Shown piece after piece: positions 7,313-17,043 of a stretch of DNA of 64,000 bases. Each line of letters starts with the position of its first letter. Position 1 is the stretch's first letter. Under the pieces are notes generated by a model. That model did no database searches, was not told where the DNA came from, and was given only the letters and a program-made list of their open reading frames with translations. This DNA is from Dehalococcoidia bacterium (GTDB taxonomy: Bacteria; Chloroflexota; Dehalococcoidia; Bin125), in the NCBI GenBank assembly GCA_963555985.3, contig OY820591.1, forward strand, positions 1,376,001 through 1,440,000. The letters are read 5' to 3'. Position numbers and translations under genes: made by a program.

Positions 7313-10237
7313 CTAGCCGGTGTTTCGCAACCCCGCCGCCACTCCATTCACGCTGCGCAGGATCGCTTCGAGTGTGTCGCTGCGTTCCGGATCGGCTTCG
7401 TCCATGTCGCGGATCTGGCGTAGCAGTTCGACTTGCAGAAAGCTCAGCGCGTCGACATAAGGATTGCGCAGGTCGATCGAGCGCCGCAGCACCGGCGACC
7501 CTTCCAGTAGCCGCTCCTGATCGCTCAGGCGATTCAGGATCGAGGTCGTGCGCTCGAACTCGGCTCGGAGGCGCTCGAAGGTGCGGATGTCCCGATCGCC
7601 ATCGCCCAGCGTGCGCGCGTAATGCTCCGCGATCCCGAAGTCGGCCTTGCCGCAGACCATCTCGACGTTGGAGAGCAGGGTGGCGAAGAAGGGCCAGCGC
7701 GCGCGCATGTCTCGGAGCAGCGCTTCGCCGGCGTCGCCGTGCCGCTGGATGAACTGTTCGAGCGCCGTGCCGACGCCCATCCAGCCGGTGATCACGTGCC
7801 GCGACTGCATCCAGGCGAAGACCCAGGGGATGGCGCGCAGCGACTTCAGGGAGGCGTCGCTGCCGGGCCGGAAGGTTGGGCGTGAGCCGATCGCGAGATC
7901 GCCGAGGACTCCAATCGGGGTGACTCGCTGGAAGTAGCCCGGGAGGTCCGGGTTCTCGACGACCTGCGTGCGATAGGCGAGGCGCGCGGATGAAGCCAGT
8001 TCGTCCATTGCCTCGTGATAGCGCTCGCGCTCTTCGGTCGGGGTGTCGTCGTGATCGCGGTCGAAGCGCTTGGCCAGAGCCGCCGCCAGCGTCTGCTCCA
8101 AGTTCCAGCGGGCGAGCGCCGGCATCCCGTAGGTGAACTGGATCATCTCGCCTTGTTCGGTGAATTTGATCCCGCCCTCAGTGGTGTGCGGCGGGAGCGC
8201 GAGGATCGCGTCGTGGGAGGGGCCGCCGCCGCGGCTGACCGTGCCTCCGCGACCGTGGAAGAACATCAACTCGATGCCGTGCTCTCGGGCCACTTGGTGC
8301 ATCGCCTCCTGTGCGCGGTAGAGGCCCCAGAGTGACGGCAGCACGCCGTCGTCCTTGGCCGAATCCGAATAGCCGACCATCACTTCCTGAAGTCCGTCGT
8401 GGGCGTCGAGGTGGCGTCGGTAGGCGGGGTGTCCGAAGAGCGAACGCAGCACGGACGGGGCGTGGTCGAGATCGTCCACTCGCTCGAAGAGCGGCGCGAT
8501 CCGGATCTGTCCGCCCGGTGCACGCCGGGCCAGATCGTTGAGGCCGGCCTGCCGCGCGACCAGCACCGGCGCGAGTATGTCGGCGGCGGTTTCGGTCATC
8601 GAGACGACGCAGGTCTGCATCGCTTCGGGCCCGCAGATTCGCTGAACCCGGCGCGCGGTGCGGAAGCGGCGCAGGGTGTCGTCGTCCTGCGTGGAGAGCG
8701 CATGTCCGACGGGGAAGTAGTCGCGATCGAGTTCGTTGGCCAGAAACGCCTCGCGCTGGGCAGGGTTGAGTTCGAGATAGCTGCCGCCCGGCGGCTGGAT
8801 ATCGAGCGCGGTCAGGACGGTGTCGGCGGCCTGGTGGAAACGCGCCGCATGGTCGCGGATGTCCAGCGCGGCGAGATGGAACCCGAAGGCGCGGGCGCGG
8901 TCGATGAGCGGCTGCACCACGTTTTCGGCCCCGCCGCGCGCGCCGTGCACGCGCAGGCTCTCCGCGATCGTCTCCAGATCTGCGACATACTCGCGCACCG
9001 ATTCGTAGGAAACGCCGTCGGAGTCGGAGGCGTCGTCCAGTTCGGCGCGTAAGGTCGGGGCGCGGCGATCGAGGAGCGCGCGATCGGCGTCCAGCGTCGC
9101 CCGCAGGCGGGCGGACATGTAGCGAATCTTCTGTCGGTAGCGCTCCGAAGTACTGCGTTCGGCCAAGCGCTCGCGGACGCGCGGCATACGCTGAGCGTCT
9201 GCCTGGAGCGAGGATTCCAGCCGCGCCGTGGTCGATATTCGGCGGGTCGAGTGCAGCAGCATCGAGTCCATCTCGCGCACTGCGTCCAGGTGCAGGCGCA
9301 GCGCCAGAGCGCGCATATTGAGCGCGGTTTGCCAGGTGAGATCGGGGGTCACATTCGGATTTCCGTCCGCGTCGCCGCCCATCCAGGAACCCAGCACGAT
9401 TGGGGCCGGGGCCGCGGTCGGATCGAGCTCGGTCGCGGCTCTGAACTCGGCGCTGACCGCGGGAACCGCGTCCCAGAGGGTCGTCGCCACCGTGTGCAGG
9501 AGCAGGCGCGACTCTTCCAGCACGGTCGGGCGGCGGTGACGCAGATGATCGGCTTGCCAGAGACTCTCGATGTGGGTGGTCAGACGCGCATCGATGCTCG
9601 CCAGCTCTTGCGGCGTGGCCTGCTCGCGTTCGAGCAACAGCCTGTGCACCTGTTGCAAGGTTCGCATCATGGTCAGGCGCTGGGACTCGGTCGGGTGAGC
9701 GGTGAACACCGGCCGCAAGGCGATGCCAGCGGCGGCTGTTTGCATCGCGGCCTGATCAACGCCGCGCTCGCGCAGGGTGTCAACCATTGCTCGAATCGAG
9801 CGCGGCGAGGGTCGCTGGTCCTGTTGCGAGCGCAGCCTGCGGCGGCGGATGCGGTGCGTCTCTTCGGCGGTGTTCGTGAGCAGGAAGTACATCAGGAAGG
9901 CGTTGCCGACCTCGGCAGCGAGCCAGAGCGGCCAACTGCGGACCAACGCCGCCATCTCCGGGGTCAGCTCCGGTTCGGCCGGGCCGCGACTGCCGCGCCG
10001 CCGCTGCGCGAGCGCGCGGAGTTCCTCGACGGCGTTGAAGACCGTCTCCCCGTCCACTTCGGCGATCATCCGCCCCAGCAGGCTGCTCAAGAGGCGCACG
10101 TCGCGGGCCAGCGGAGCGTCGACCAGACGCCGGTTGTTGGCCGTTTGCGCCGCTTCGATCGTGGTTCGCGGCGCTCGTTGTGTTGAACGCGCCACAGCAT
10201 CCCTCTCAGCGAATCCGCGCGTGTCTAGGCTGCGCAT
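7313..10237 (-). CDS. ppc: Phosphoenolpyruvate carboxylase (bacterial type)
   Basis: VFTAHPT, SWMGGDADGNP, GYSDSAKD, FHGRGGTVSRGGGP, LRAIPWVFAW, C-terminal LRNTG; exact start uncertain. Confidence 0.97.
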   Translation of the reverse strand: MRSLDTRGFAERDAVARSTQRAPRTTIEAAQTANNRRLVDAPLARDVRLLSSLLGRMIAEVDGETVFNAVEELRALAQRRRGSRGPAEPELTPEMAALVRSWPLWLAAEVGNAFLMYFLLTNTAEETHRIRRRRLRSQQDQRPSPRSIRAMVDTLRERGVDQAAMQTAAAGIALRPVFTAHPTESQRLTMMRTLQQVHRLLLEREQATPQELASIDARLTTHIESLWQADHLRHRRPTVLEESRLLLHTVATTLWDAVPAVSAEFRAATELDPTAAPAPIVLGSWMGGDADGNPNVTPDLTWQTALNMRALALRLHLDAVREMDSMLLHSTRRISTTARLESSLQADAQRMPRVRERLAERSTSERYRQKIRYMSARLRATLDADRALLDRRAPTLRAELDDASDSDGVSYESVREYVADLETIAESLRVHGARGGAENVVQPLIDRARAFGFHLAALDIRDHAARFHQAADTVLTALDIQPPGGSYLELNPAQREAFLANELDRDYFPVGHALSTQDDDTLRRFRTARRVQRICGPEAMQTCVVSMTETAADILAPVLVARQAGLNDLARRAPGGQIRIAPLFERVDDLDHAPSVLRSLFGHPAYRRHLDAHDGLQEVMVGYSDSAKDDGVLPSLWGLYRAQEAMHQVAREHGIELMFFHGRGGTVSRGGGPSHDAILALPPHTTEGGIKFTEQGEMIQFTYGMPALARWNLEQTLAAALAKRFDRDHDDTPTEERERYHEAMDELASSARLAYRTQVVENPDLPGYFQRVTPIGVLGDLAIGSRPTFRPGSDASLKSLRAIPWVFAWMQSRHVITGWMGVGTALEQFIQRHGDAGEALLRDMRARWPFFATLLSNVEMVCGKADFGIAEHYARTLGDGDRDIRTFERLRAEFERTTSILNRLSDQERLLEGSPVLRRSIDLRNPYVDALSFLQVELLRQIRDMDEADPERSDTLEAILRSVNGVAAGLRNTG

Positions 10238-10273
10238 TGTCGATCATTACAGGTTTGCAGCGAAAGCGGGGGC

Positions 10274-12247
10274 ATGATGAGTGAACAGTCTGGCGATCCG
10301 ACCGCGGCTCCGTATGGATCTTGGGCGTCCCCGATCGCCACGGAGATGCTGACCGCAGGCGCACTGCGCTTTGACGAGTTGGATGTGGACGGCGATGACC
10401 TCTACTGGGTGGAGTCGAGGCCGGATGAGCAGGGCCGGTATGCGGCGATGCGCTACTCGGCGGACGGTGAGCTCTCGGAGGTCACGACTCCCGAGTACAG
10501 CGCGCGCACGCTCGTGCATGAGTACGGAGGCGGCTCGCTCGCGGTCTCGAACGGCGTTGCCTACTTCTCGAACTTCGCCGATCAGCGGCTCTATCGGCGT
10601 GCGGTTGACGGCTCGGAGGAGCCGGTCCCGCTGACAGCGGAGATGTCGGTCCGATACGCCGATGCGGCTGTGGATGTGGAGCGGGAGCGCCTGATCTGCG
10701 TGGCGGAGGACCATCGGCGTGAAGGCGTCGAAGCTGAGAACCTCCTCGTCGCCGTGCCCACGGACGGCAGCGCAGCTTCCGCCGAGGAGTTGCATCCGAT
10801 TCATCAGGGATTTGACTTCTACTCCTCGCCGCGAATCAGTCCCGACGGGCGTCGGCTTGTGTGGATCTGCTGGAACCATCCGAACATGCCCTGGGACGCG
10901 ACCGAGCTCTGGCTCGCAGACTTGGCGACGGACGGCTCGGTGCTGTCGGCGCGCCGAATCGCGGGCGACACCGCCGGCGTCGTCTCCATCATCGAGCCGC
11001 GCTGGGGACCGGACGGCACGCTCTACTGCGTTTCCGACGAATCCGGCTGGTGGAACGTTCAGCGCTGGGACGGCGATCGGCTCGCGCCAGTCCTCTCCAT
11101 GGAGGCCGAGTTCGGACAGCCGCAGTGGGAATTCTCGATGTCCAGCTACGCGGTGATGGACGAGTGTTGCCTGGTGGCGCAGTACGGCAATGCCGATGGT
11201 CGCCGACTCGGTGTGATCGACATGGAGGCGGGGGAACTGAGAGAGCTGGACACGCCATTCAACAGCTTTGGCTTTTTCACCGCCGCCAGCGGCCCGCGCG
11301 TGATCTGTGCTGCGGCCGGAGCGGATGTCGGCGCGGCGATCGTGGCGATCAACGTTGACGACGGCGAGCTTGAGACGATCCGCGCATCAACCGGTCCGGA
11401 GCTCGATCCGGCTTTCATCGCTCCGGCGGAGGCGATTACCTATCCGACCACGGGCGGTCATGTTTCCCACGCCTACTACTACGCGCCTCGCAATCCCGAT
11501 TTCCGCGCGCCCGAAGGCGAACTCCCGCCGCTGGTGACATTCATCCACGGCGGGCCTACCAGCGCGACTGCGCCGGGCTTCAATCTCGCCATCCAGTACT
11601 GGACGACGCGCGGGTTCGCGGTAGTCGATGTGAACTACCGGGGCTCGACCGGCTACGGGACCGAGTACCGGCGTCAGTTGAACGGGAATTGGGGCGTCGT
11701 TGATCGCGAGGACTGCGAAGCGGCGGCGCGCTACCTCGTTGAGCGCGGTGACGTGGACGGTTCGCGCCTGGCCATTCGCGGCGGCTCGGCGGGCGGCTAC
11801 ACGACGCTCTGCGCGCTCACGTTCGGCGATGTCTTCACGGCCGGCGCTTCGTACTACGGCGTCTCGGATGCGGCGGCGCTCGCGGAGGATACGCACAAGT
11901 TCGAGTCGCGCTACCTCGATTCGCTGATCGGCCCGTATCCCGAACGGGCGGAGCTGTATGAGCAGCGCTCGCCGATTCACGCGGTTGACCGGCTCTCGTG
12001 CCCAATCATCTTTTTGCAGGGTCTGGAGGACAAGATCGTACCGCCGAATCAGGCAGAGCGGATGGTGGACGCGCTGCGCCAGAAGGGTTTGCCGGTGGCC
12101 TACATCGCTTTTGAGGGCGAACAGCACGGGTTCCGCCAGGCGGCGAACATTCAGCGCGCGACGGAAGCGGAGCTCGATTTCTACGGCCGCATCTTCGGTT
12201 TCACGCCGGCCGGTGCGATCGAGCCGGTGGAGATTGAGAACCTGTAG
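10274..12247 (+). CDS. S9 family peptidase (dipeptidyl/acylaminoacyl peptidase)
   Basis: APYGSWASPI N-terminus, HGGPT, GGSAGG nucleophile, QGLEDKIV, GEQHGF. Confidence 0.95.
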   Translation: MMSEQSGDPTAAPYGSWASPIATEMLTAGALRFDELDVDGDDLYWVESRPDEQGRYAAMRYSADGELSEVTTPEYSARTLVHEYGGGSLAVSNGVAYFSNFADQRLYRRAVDGSEEPVPLTAEMSVRYADAAVDVERERLICVAEDHRREGVEAENLLVAVPTDGSAASAEELHPIHQGFDFYSSPRISPDGRRLVWICWNHPNMPWDATELWLADLATDGSVLSARRIAGDTAGVVSIIEPRWGPDGTLYCVSDESGWWNVQRWDGDRLAPVLSMEAEFGQPQWEFSMSSYAVMDECCLVAQYGNADGRRLGVIDMEAGELRELDTPFNSFGFFTAASGPRVICAAAGADVGAAIVAINVDDGELETIRASTGPELDPAFIAPAEAITYPTTGGHVSHAYYYAPRNPDFRAPEGELPPLVTFIHGGPTSATAPGFNLAIQYWTTRGFAVVDVNYRGSTGYGTEYRRQLNGNWGVVDREDCEAAARYLVERGDVDGSRLAIRGGSAGGYTTLCALTFGDVFTAGASYYGVSDAAALAEDTHKFESRYLDSLIGPYPERAELYEQRSPIHAVDRLSCPIIFLQGLEDKIVPPNQAERMVDALRQKGLPVAYIAFEGEQHGFRQAANIQRATEAELDFYGRIFGFTPAGAIEPVEIENL

Positions 12248-13666
12248 ATGCCTGAGATTCACGAACTGACGGCAGTCGAGCTTCGGCAGGCTTACCGGTC
12301 GCGGGAGTTGTCGCCGGTTGAAGCAGTGGATGCGATCTTCGCGCGAATCGACCTCCTAGAGCCGTCGTTGCACGCGTTTATCACGGAGACCCGCGAACTC
12401 GCGATGGAGCAGGCACGGGAGGCTGAGCGGCAGTGGTTGCGGCCTGAACGGTGGCTGCAAAAGCCTCTGCTGGGCATTCCGTTGACGATCAAGGATCTCG
12501 TTGATGTTGCGGGTGTTCCGACGACGATGGGTTCGCTCGTGACCTCACACGAGCCGGCTGCGGAAGATGAACTCTTCGTCCAACTCCTGAGGTTCTCGGG
12601 CGCGATCTTCCTGGGCAAGACAAACACCTCGGAATTCGGCCTGGCTGCGCAGACAGCAAACCGCCTCGGCCCGGCGACAGTGAATCCCTGGGATGTGGAG
12701 CGCACCGCCGGCGGTTCCAGCGGCGGCGCGGCGGCGGCCTGCGCCGCAGGTTTCGGTCCGTTGCATCATGGGACCGACGGGGGCGGATCGGTCCGGATAC
12801 CCGCGGGCTACTGCGGTGTGATCGGCGTCAAGCCGACAGGCAGGCGCGTTCCCCGCCGCCAGCGAGGCTCCGGCATGTCGCAGATCTCGACGGACGGCGT
12901 GCTGGCGCGTTCCGTCGCCGATGCGGCGCTGATGCTCGAAGACATCGCGCGGCGTCACCCGGATGATCAGACGTCCTACCGGACTCAGTACGACGATGTG
13001 ATCTCCGCGGCTACTCCACAGAGTCTGGGAGGACTCAGGATTGGCGTCACGACTCAGCTCGGTTGGCCGACCCCCTGCGAGCCGCTGATCGCCGATCGCG
13101 TTCACGTAGCAGCGGATGTGTTGCGACAGGCCCACGCGCGCATTGAGCATGCGACCCTGGACATCTCCGATCCGAACGAGGTGTTCCCCGTGTTGTCGGC
13201 CGTGGGCGCCGCGGCGAACTACGGTCCATTGTGTGTTGGGCGCACGGACGAGTTGAGCGATTACGCCCGCGCGAGCGTGGATCGTGGCCGCGCCTTGAGC
13301 GGCGTTCAAGTAGCTGAGGCCTATGCCGCACTGGATCGGCTGCGTCAGCGGATGGATGTCTGGTTCGATCGCTACGACGTCTTGCTGACACCCACCAGCG
13401 CAATCACCGCCCACCGGCATGGGGCTCGGATTGATCAGATCGCCGGACGGGGAATCAGTCCCTGGACGGCCTCGATTCTTTACACGCCGCTCGCCAACCT
13501 GATTCAGGCGCCCGCCATTGCCATGCCGGCCGGACTGGACCGCGATTGCTTGCCGATCTCGGTGCAACTGATGGGCCGCCCCGGCGAGGACGCCACCGTG
13601 ATCCGTTGCGCTGCGATGCTGGAGGATGCAGGCTTTGGCGGTCCTATTCGTCTAGCACCAGTGTGA
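12248..13666 (+). CDS. Amidase signature family protein
   Basis: GIPLTIKD, GKTNTSEFG, GGSSGG, GTDGGGSVRIPA. Confidence 0.93.
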   Translation: MPEIHELTAVELRQAYRSRELSPVEAVDAIFARIDLLEPSLHAFITETRELAMEQAREAERQWLRPERWLQKPLLGIPLTIKDLVDVAGVPTTMGSLVTSHEPAAEDELFVQLLRFSGAIFLGKTNTSEFGLAAQTANRLGPATVNPWDVERTAGGSSGGAAAACAAGFGPLHHGTDGGGSVRIPAGYCGVIGVKPTGRRVPRRQRGSGMSQISTDGVLARSVADAALMLEDIARRHPDDQTSYRTQYDDVISAATPQSLGGLRIGVTTQLGWPTPCEPLIADRVHVAADVLRQAHARIEHATLDISDPNEVFPVLSAVGAAANYGPLCVGRTDELSDYARASVDRGRALSGVQVAEAYAALDRLRQRMDVWFDRYDVLLTPTSAITAHRHGARIDQIAGRGISPWTASILYTPLANLIQAPAIAMPAGLDRDCLPISVQLMGRPGEDATVIRCAAMLEDAGFGGPIRLAPV

Positions 13667-14420
13667 CCGGCGCGTGATCGGAGGGCTTATCGCCGTCGCC
13701 CTCCTGCCGCCGCTCCTCAATGTCGATCTCAACGGCGGAGGCGCGCTCGCGGATTGGGTCGCTGATCAGATGATGGTCGATCCGCAGCCCTTTGTTCTGC
13801 AGTACTCCGCCGGTGCGGTAGTCCCACCAGGTGTAGACCCCGGGCGACTCGTCGAAGAGGCGTAGCGCGTCGGTCAAGCCCCAATCGATCAGCGCATTCA
13901 GGCGTTCCCGTTCGGGGCTGGAGCAGAGGTTCTTTTCGTGCCAGGCGGCCGGGTCATTCACGTCGCGGTCGTCGAAGGTGATGTTGTAGTCGCCGGTGAG
14001 GACGAGCGCGTCGGCACTGTCGCGCTGACCGAGCCAAGCGCGGAGTCGGTCGAACCATTCGAGTTTGTACTGGTACATGGGATGGCCGACCTCGCGTCCG
14101 TTGGGACAGTAGAGGCTGACCACTTGTACGCCGTCGATCTCGGCGGTGATGCCGCGGGACTGATCGTCGTCGGGCCAGGGTACGGCGACTTCCACCTGAT
14201 CGGGCCAGTCGAGCGAGGCGATGGCGACGCCGTTGTAGCTCTTCTGGCCGTGGATGGCGAGTTGGTAGCCGAGTTGGTCAAAGCCGTCGAAGGGGAACTG
14301 CTCCTCGGTGCACTTGAGCTCTTGCAGGCAGAGCACGTCTGGACGGTTTTGATCGAGCCAGTTGAGCACGCGGTCTTCGCGAGCGCGGATTGAGTTCACG
14401 TTCCAGGTGGTGATGCGCAT
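13644..14420 (-). CDS. xth: Exodeoxyribonuclease III
   Basis: ITTWNVNSIR, LCLQELK, GDYNI, YTWWDYR, GLRIDH, SDHAPV. Confidence 0.96.
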   Translation of the reverse strand: MRITTWNVNSIRAREDRVLNWLDQNRPDVLCLQELKCTEEQFPFDGFDQLGYQLAIHGQKSYNGVAIASLDWPDQVEVAVPWPDDDQSRGITAEIDGVQVVSLYCPNGREVGHPMYQYKLEWFDRLRAWLGQRDSADALVLTGDYNITFDDRDVNDPAAWHEKNLCSSPERERLNALIDWGLTDALRLFDESPGVYTWWDYRTGGVLQNKGLRIDHHLISDPIRERASAVEIDIEERRQEGDGDKPSDHAPVTLVLDE

Positions 14421-15211
14421 GGCGGGTTTCCTTCGAGAGACGCGGCGGTTCGGCGGATGTGGTGGAAGATGATTCCAGCTGCGACGGCGACGTTGAGCGA
14501 TTCGACTGAGGGAGCGATTGGCACGGCGACCCGCTCATCCACTTGCGGTTCCAGCTCGAGACTGATCCCGGAGCCTTCGTTGCCGAAGAGCCAGACGGTT
14601 GGTTGCTTGAGCTTGATCGTATCGAGCGGCGTTCCGTGCGGATCGGCGGCGATCACGCGGGCGCCTTGTTGGTGCAGATCGGTGAGATCGGCGAGCAGGT
14701 CTGAGGAGCGGGCGATCTTTGCCTGGAACCAGGCTCCGGTTGCGGCGCGGGTGACTCGCGGGTGGGTTGGGTCGGCGCTGCCGGGGCCGATCAGGATGAG
14801 CTCGATGCTGAAGGCGGCGGCGGAGCGAATGATTGCGCCGACGTTGCCTGGGTCCTGTACTCCGTCTAGCGCTAGCGAATGCCATGCAGTGTCGGCGGGC
14901 AGCGCTCGAATAGCGTCCTGCGCCGACGGGAGCTCGTCGCGGATGACGGCGAAGTCGCCTTGGGGGGTGCGCGTGTCGGAGAGGCGCTCGGCGTCGGCTT
15001 GGGTGATGCGGACTGAGTTCGAGTGTAGCGCCGACCACGTGGCGGGGTTTGTCGCGAGCACGTCCAGCACGGGCGCGCCTGCCGCGAGGGCGTCTCGGAC
15101 GAGCTTCTCGCCGTCGATCAGGTAGGCGCGCTGTTCTCTACGCCCGCGCGCGGTCTTGAGTTCTCGGAGTTGGCGCAGGCGGGCGCGCGAGAGTGTGCTT
15201 GGCTTGTTCAC
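14396..15211 (-). CDS. TrmH/SpoU family RNA methyltransferase
   Basis: LDGVQDPGNVGAIIRSA, FGNEGSG, ESLNVAVAAGI; GTG at 15211 chosen because the upstream in-frame start lies inside a repeat. Confidence 0.93.
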   Translation of the reverse strand: MNKPSTLSRARLRQLRELKTARGRREQRAYLIDGEKLVRDALAAGAPVLDVLATNPATWSALHSNSVRITQADAERLSDTRTPQGDFAVIRDELPSAQDAIRALPADTAWHSLALDGVQDPGNVGAIIRSAAAFSIELILIGPGSADPTHPRVTRAATGAWFQAKIARSSDLLADLTDLHQQGARVIAADPHGTPLDTIKLKQPTVWLFGNEGSGISLELEPQVDERVAVPIAPSVESLNVAVAAGIIFHHIRRTAASLEGNPPCASPPGT

Positions 15212-15228
15212 GTTGCTAGAGGCGGGCA

Positions 15229-15279
15229 GACCCCCCTCTGTCACTTCGTGACATCTCCCCCCGCACTGCGGGGGAAGAG
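15229..15279. repeat. REP-like palindromic element, family A copy 1
   Basis: GACCCCCCTCTGTCACTTCGTGACATCTCCCCCCGCACTGCGGGGGAAGAG; its reverse complement matches 45778-45814 at 36/37 nt. Confidence 0.85.
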
Positions 15280-15293
15280 TGTTGGGAGCGTTC

Positions 15294-16145
15294 CTAGCCG
15301 CCGTTGAACTCGGCCTTGAGTGCGGCGTAGCGGTCTAGCAGGGGGATGACGGTATCGGCTTCGGCGGGTGGGAGGCCGAAGATGATGCGCTGGAAACCGA
15401 TGTCGATTAGGTCCTGGACTTGTTCGGGGTTGGGGCCGACGCCGAAGACGGTGCGGTTGATGGTCTCGAAGTCGCGGTCGGCGCGGTCGGCGGCGGCGCG
15501 GAGCTGCTCCATATCGGCGCGCATATCTCCGCGCAGGGCGATCGGCAGCCAGCCGTCGCAGTAGTCCACTACGCGGTCGAAGGCCCACTTCGACTGAGCT
15601 CCGAGCAGGATGTCGGGGCCGTTCTCCTGCACCGGCTTGGGGTAGCTCCAGACGGGATCGAAGTCGATGAACTCACCGTGGAATTCAGGCTCGTCTTTGG
15701 TCCAGAGTTCGCGCCAGGCGAGCACGATCTCGCGGGTGATCTTCCAGCGGTCTTTGAAGTTCCAGCCGTGGTTCTCCAATTCTTCCGCGTTCCAGCCTGC
15801 GCCGATGCCGAGGATTAGGCGTCCGCCGGAGATCATGTCCAGCGAAGCAGCGGACTTGGCCGCCACGAGCACATCGTGTTCGGGCACGAGCAGGATGCCG
15901 GTGCCGACCTTGATCGTCTCGGTCGCGGCGGCGGCGGCCATCAGGGAGACAAAGGGGTCGTGAGTGTGCCAGTACTCCTGGGGCAGATCACCGCCGCCGG
16001 GCCAGGGCGATTGGCGCGATGTGGGAATGTGGGTGTGCTCGGGGAACCAGAGCGACTCGAAGCCGCGCGCCTCGGCCTCGCGGGCAAGTTCGGGCGGCTG
16101 GATGGCGTAGTCGGTGGGGAACATGGAGACGCCGAAGTCGGTCAT
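15294..16145 (-). CDS. LLM-class F420-dependent oxidoreductase (Rv2161c-like)
   Basis: AEARGFESLWFPEHTHIP, DPFVSL, SGGRLILGIGAGWN, PKPVQ. Confidence 0.92.
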   Translation of the reverse strand: MTDFGVSMFPTDYAIQPPELAREAEARGFESLWFPEHTHIPTSRQSPWPGGGDLPQEYWHTHDPFVSLMAAAAATETIKVGTGILLVPEHDVLVAAKSAASLDMISGGRLILGIGAGWNAEELENHGWNFKDRWKITREIVLAWRELWTKDEPEFHGEFIDFDPVWSYPKPVQENGPDILLGAQSKWAFDRVVDYCDGWLPIALRGDMRADMEQLRAAADRADRDFETINRTVFGVGPNPEQVQDLIDIGFQRIIFGLPPAEADTVIPLLDRYAALKAEFNGG

Positions 16146-16283
16146 GCGGGGGCCTTTCTGAGGGCGCGGATTAGTTCGCGCGGCAGGGCGTCACCAGAAT
16201 AGGGGAGGGCGAGGTTGGCGGTACGAGCGGGTGCGGGAGAGGCTTCGTAGTTGGGTGGATCGAGGTTCACGCTTTCGGAGAGA

Positions 16284-16299
16284 GCGCGGGAATGACGGA
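16284..16299 (-). repeat. Half copy of the GTCATTCCCGCG REP-like family B
   Basis: GCGCGGGAATGACGGA, identical (16/16) to 20232-20247. Confidence 0.65.
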
Positions 16300-16329
16300 A
16301 GGCGCGGGGATGGCGACGGAGGAGCGGAG

Positions 16330-16833
16330 TTAGTAGTAGTAGTCTTCGTCGCCGTCGAAGAGGGTGGAGAGCGGCGGGCGTTCTTCTGGGGGTAGTTCTT
16401 GGAGTGCCTCGATGAGCAGGAAGTGGTCGATCTCTGTTCTGCTTTTGCCGCGGAGTTGGGGATTGTTGGCGACGGTTTCGGTGTAGATCGCCTCAATGTG
16501 GGCCAGGAGCAGTTCGTAGAGTTCCTGGCCGCTGCCTTCGAAGGTGATTTCAGGTAGTTCAGCGGGAAATTTTCCACGGAGCTGGGGATTGCGAATTTCC
16601 TGTGTTTGCTGGGGCAAAGGCTGTTCAGGGCGTTCAGGTTCCTTCAGCTTGGTCGGGCGGAGATTGGGGTCTACGGCGAGGTCGCTCCAGTGGGTTTCAA
16701 AGAGGCGGAGATCGGCCTGGACAGTGGAGATGGAGCAATTGAGGCTCTTGGCGATGCTGCTCGGGGAGTGTCCTTGCAGCTGGAGTTCGCGGACTCGCAG
16801 GATGCGCCGTCGGCGTCTGGGTGAGATGCGCAT
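16330..16833 (-). CDS. Orphan protein with N-terminal helix-turn-helix
   Basis: RVRELQLQGHSPSSIAKSLNCSISTVQADL fits an HTH pattern; SD AAGGA upstream; internal NPQLRGK duplication; ends DEDYYY. Confidence 0.7.
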   Translation of the reverse strand: MRISPRRRRRILRVRELQLQGHSPSSIAKSLNCSISTVQADLRLFETHWSDLAVDPNLRPTKLKEPERPEQPLPQQTQEIRNPQLRGKFPAELPEITFEGSGQELYELLLAHIEAIYTETVANNPQLRGKSRTEIDHFLLIEALQELPPEERPPLSTLFDGDEDYYY

Positions 16834-16861
16834 GGTTGTCGATTCCTTGGACTATGGGAGC

Positions 16862-16885
16862 GGTACAGAGGTTCGCATCATGTTA
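16862..16885 (-). promoter_or_regulatory. -10 box (TAACAT) followed by a LexA/SOS-like box
   Basis: Minus strand CAGC-TAACAT-GATGC-GAACCTCTGTAC; plus-strand GGTACAGAGGTTCG fits the GTAC/GAAC-N4-GTTC LexA-type consensus; a second box GAACACCAGTTT lies at 16931-16942. Confidence 0.55.
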
Positions 16886-17043
16886 GCTGGTCGGTTGTTG
16901 AGGTGAGTGTTGTCTGGGTAACTGATGGAGAAACTGGTGTTCTTGGCCTTCGGGGTGAGTTTAGGGATTGGCGATTGTGGTTGGGGACTCGCAGCTGACG
17001 GTTATCTTCGGCTCATTGTCTGAACTCAGGAGGAGGGTTTTGC

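Noticed and set aside
12248-13666. Amidase as GatA partner of gatB
   Set aside because: It is 30 kb from gatB with no gatC, is coupled to a peptidase, and lacks recognisable GatA-specific segments; treated as a generic amidase.
16146-17043. Insertion sequence or prophage remnant
   Set aside because: No transposase or integrase catalytic motif, terminal inverted repeats or target duplication could be seen; kept only as an orphan cassette.
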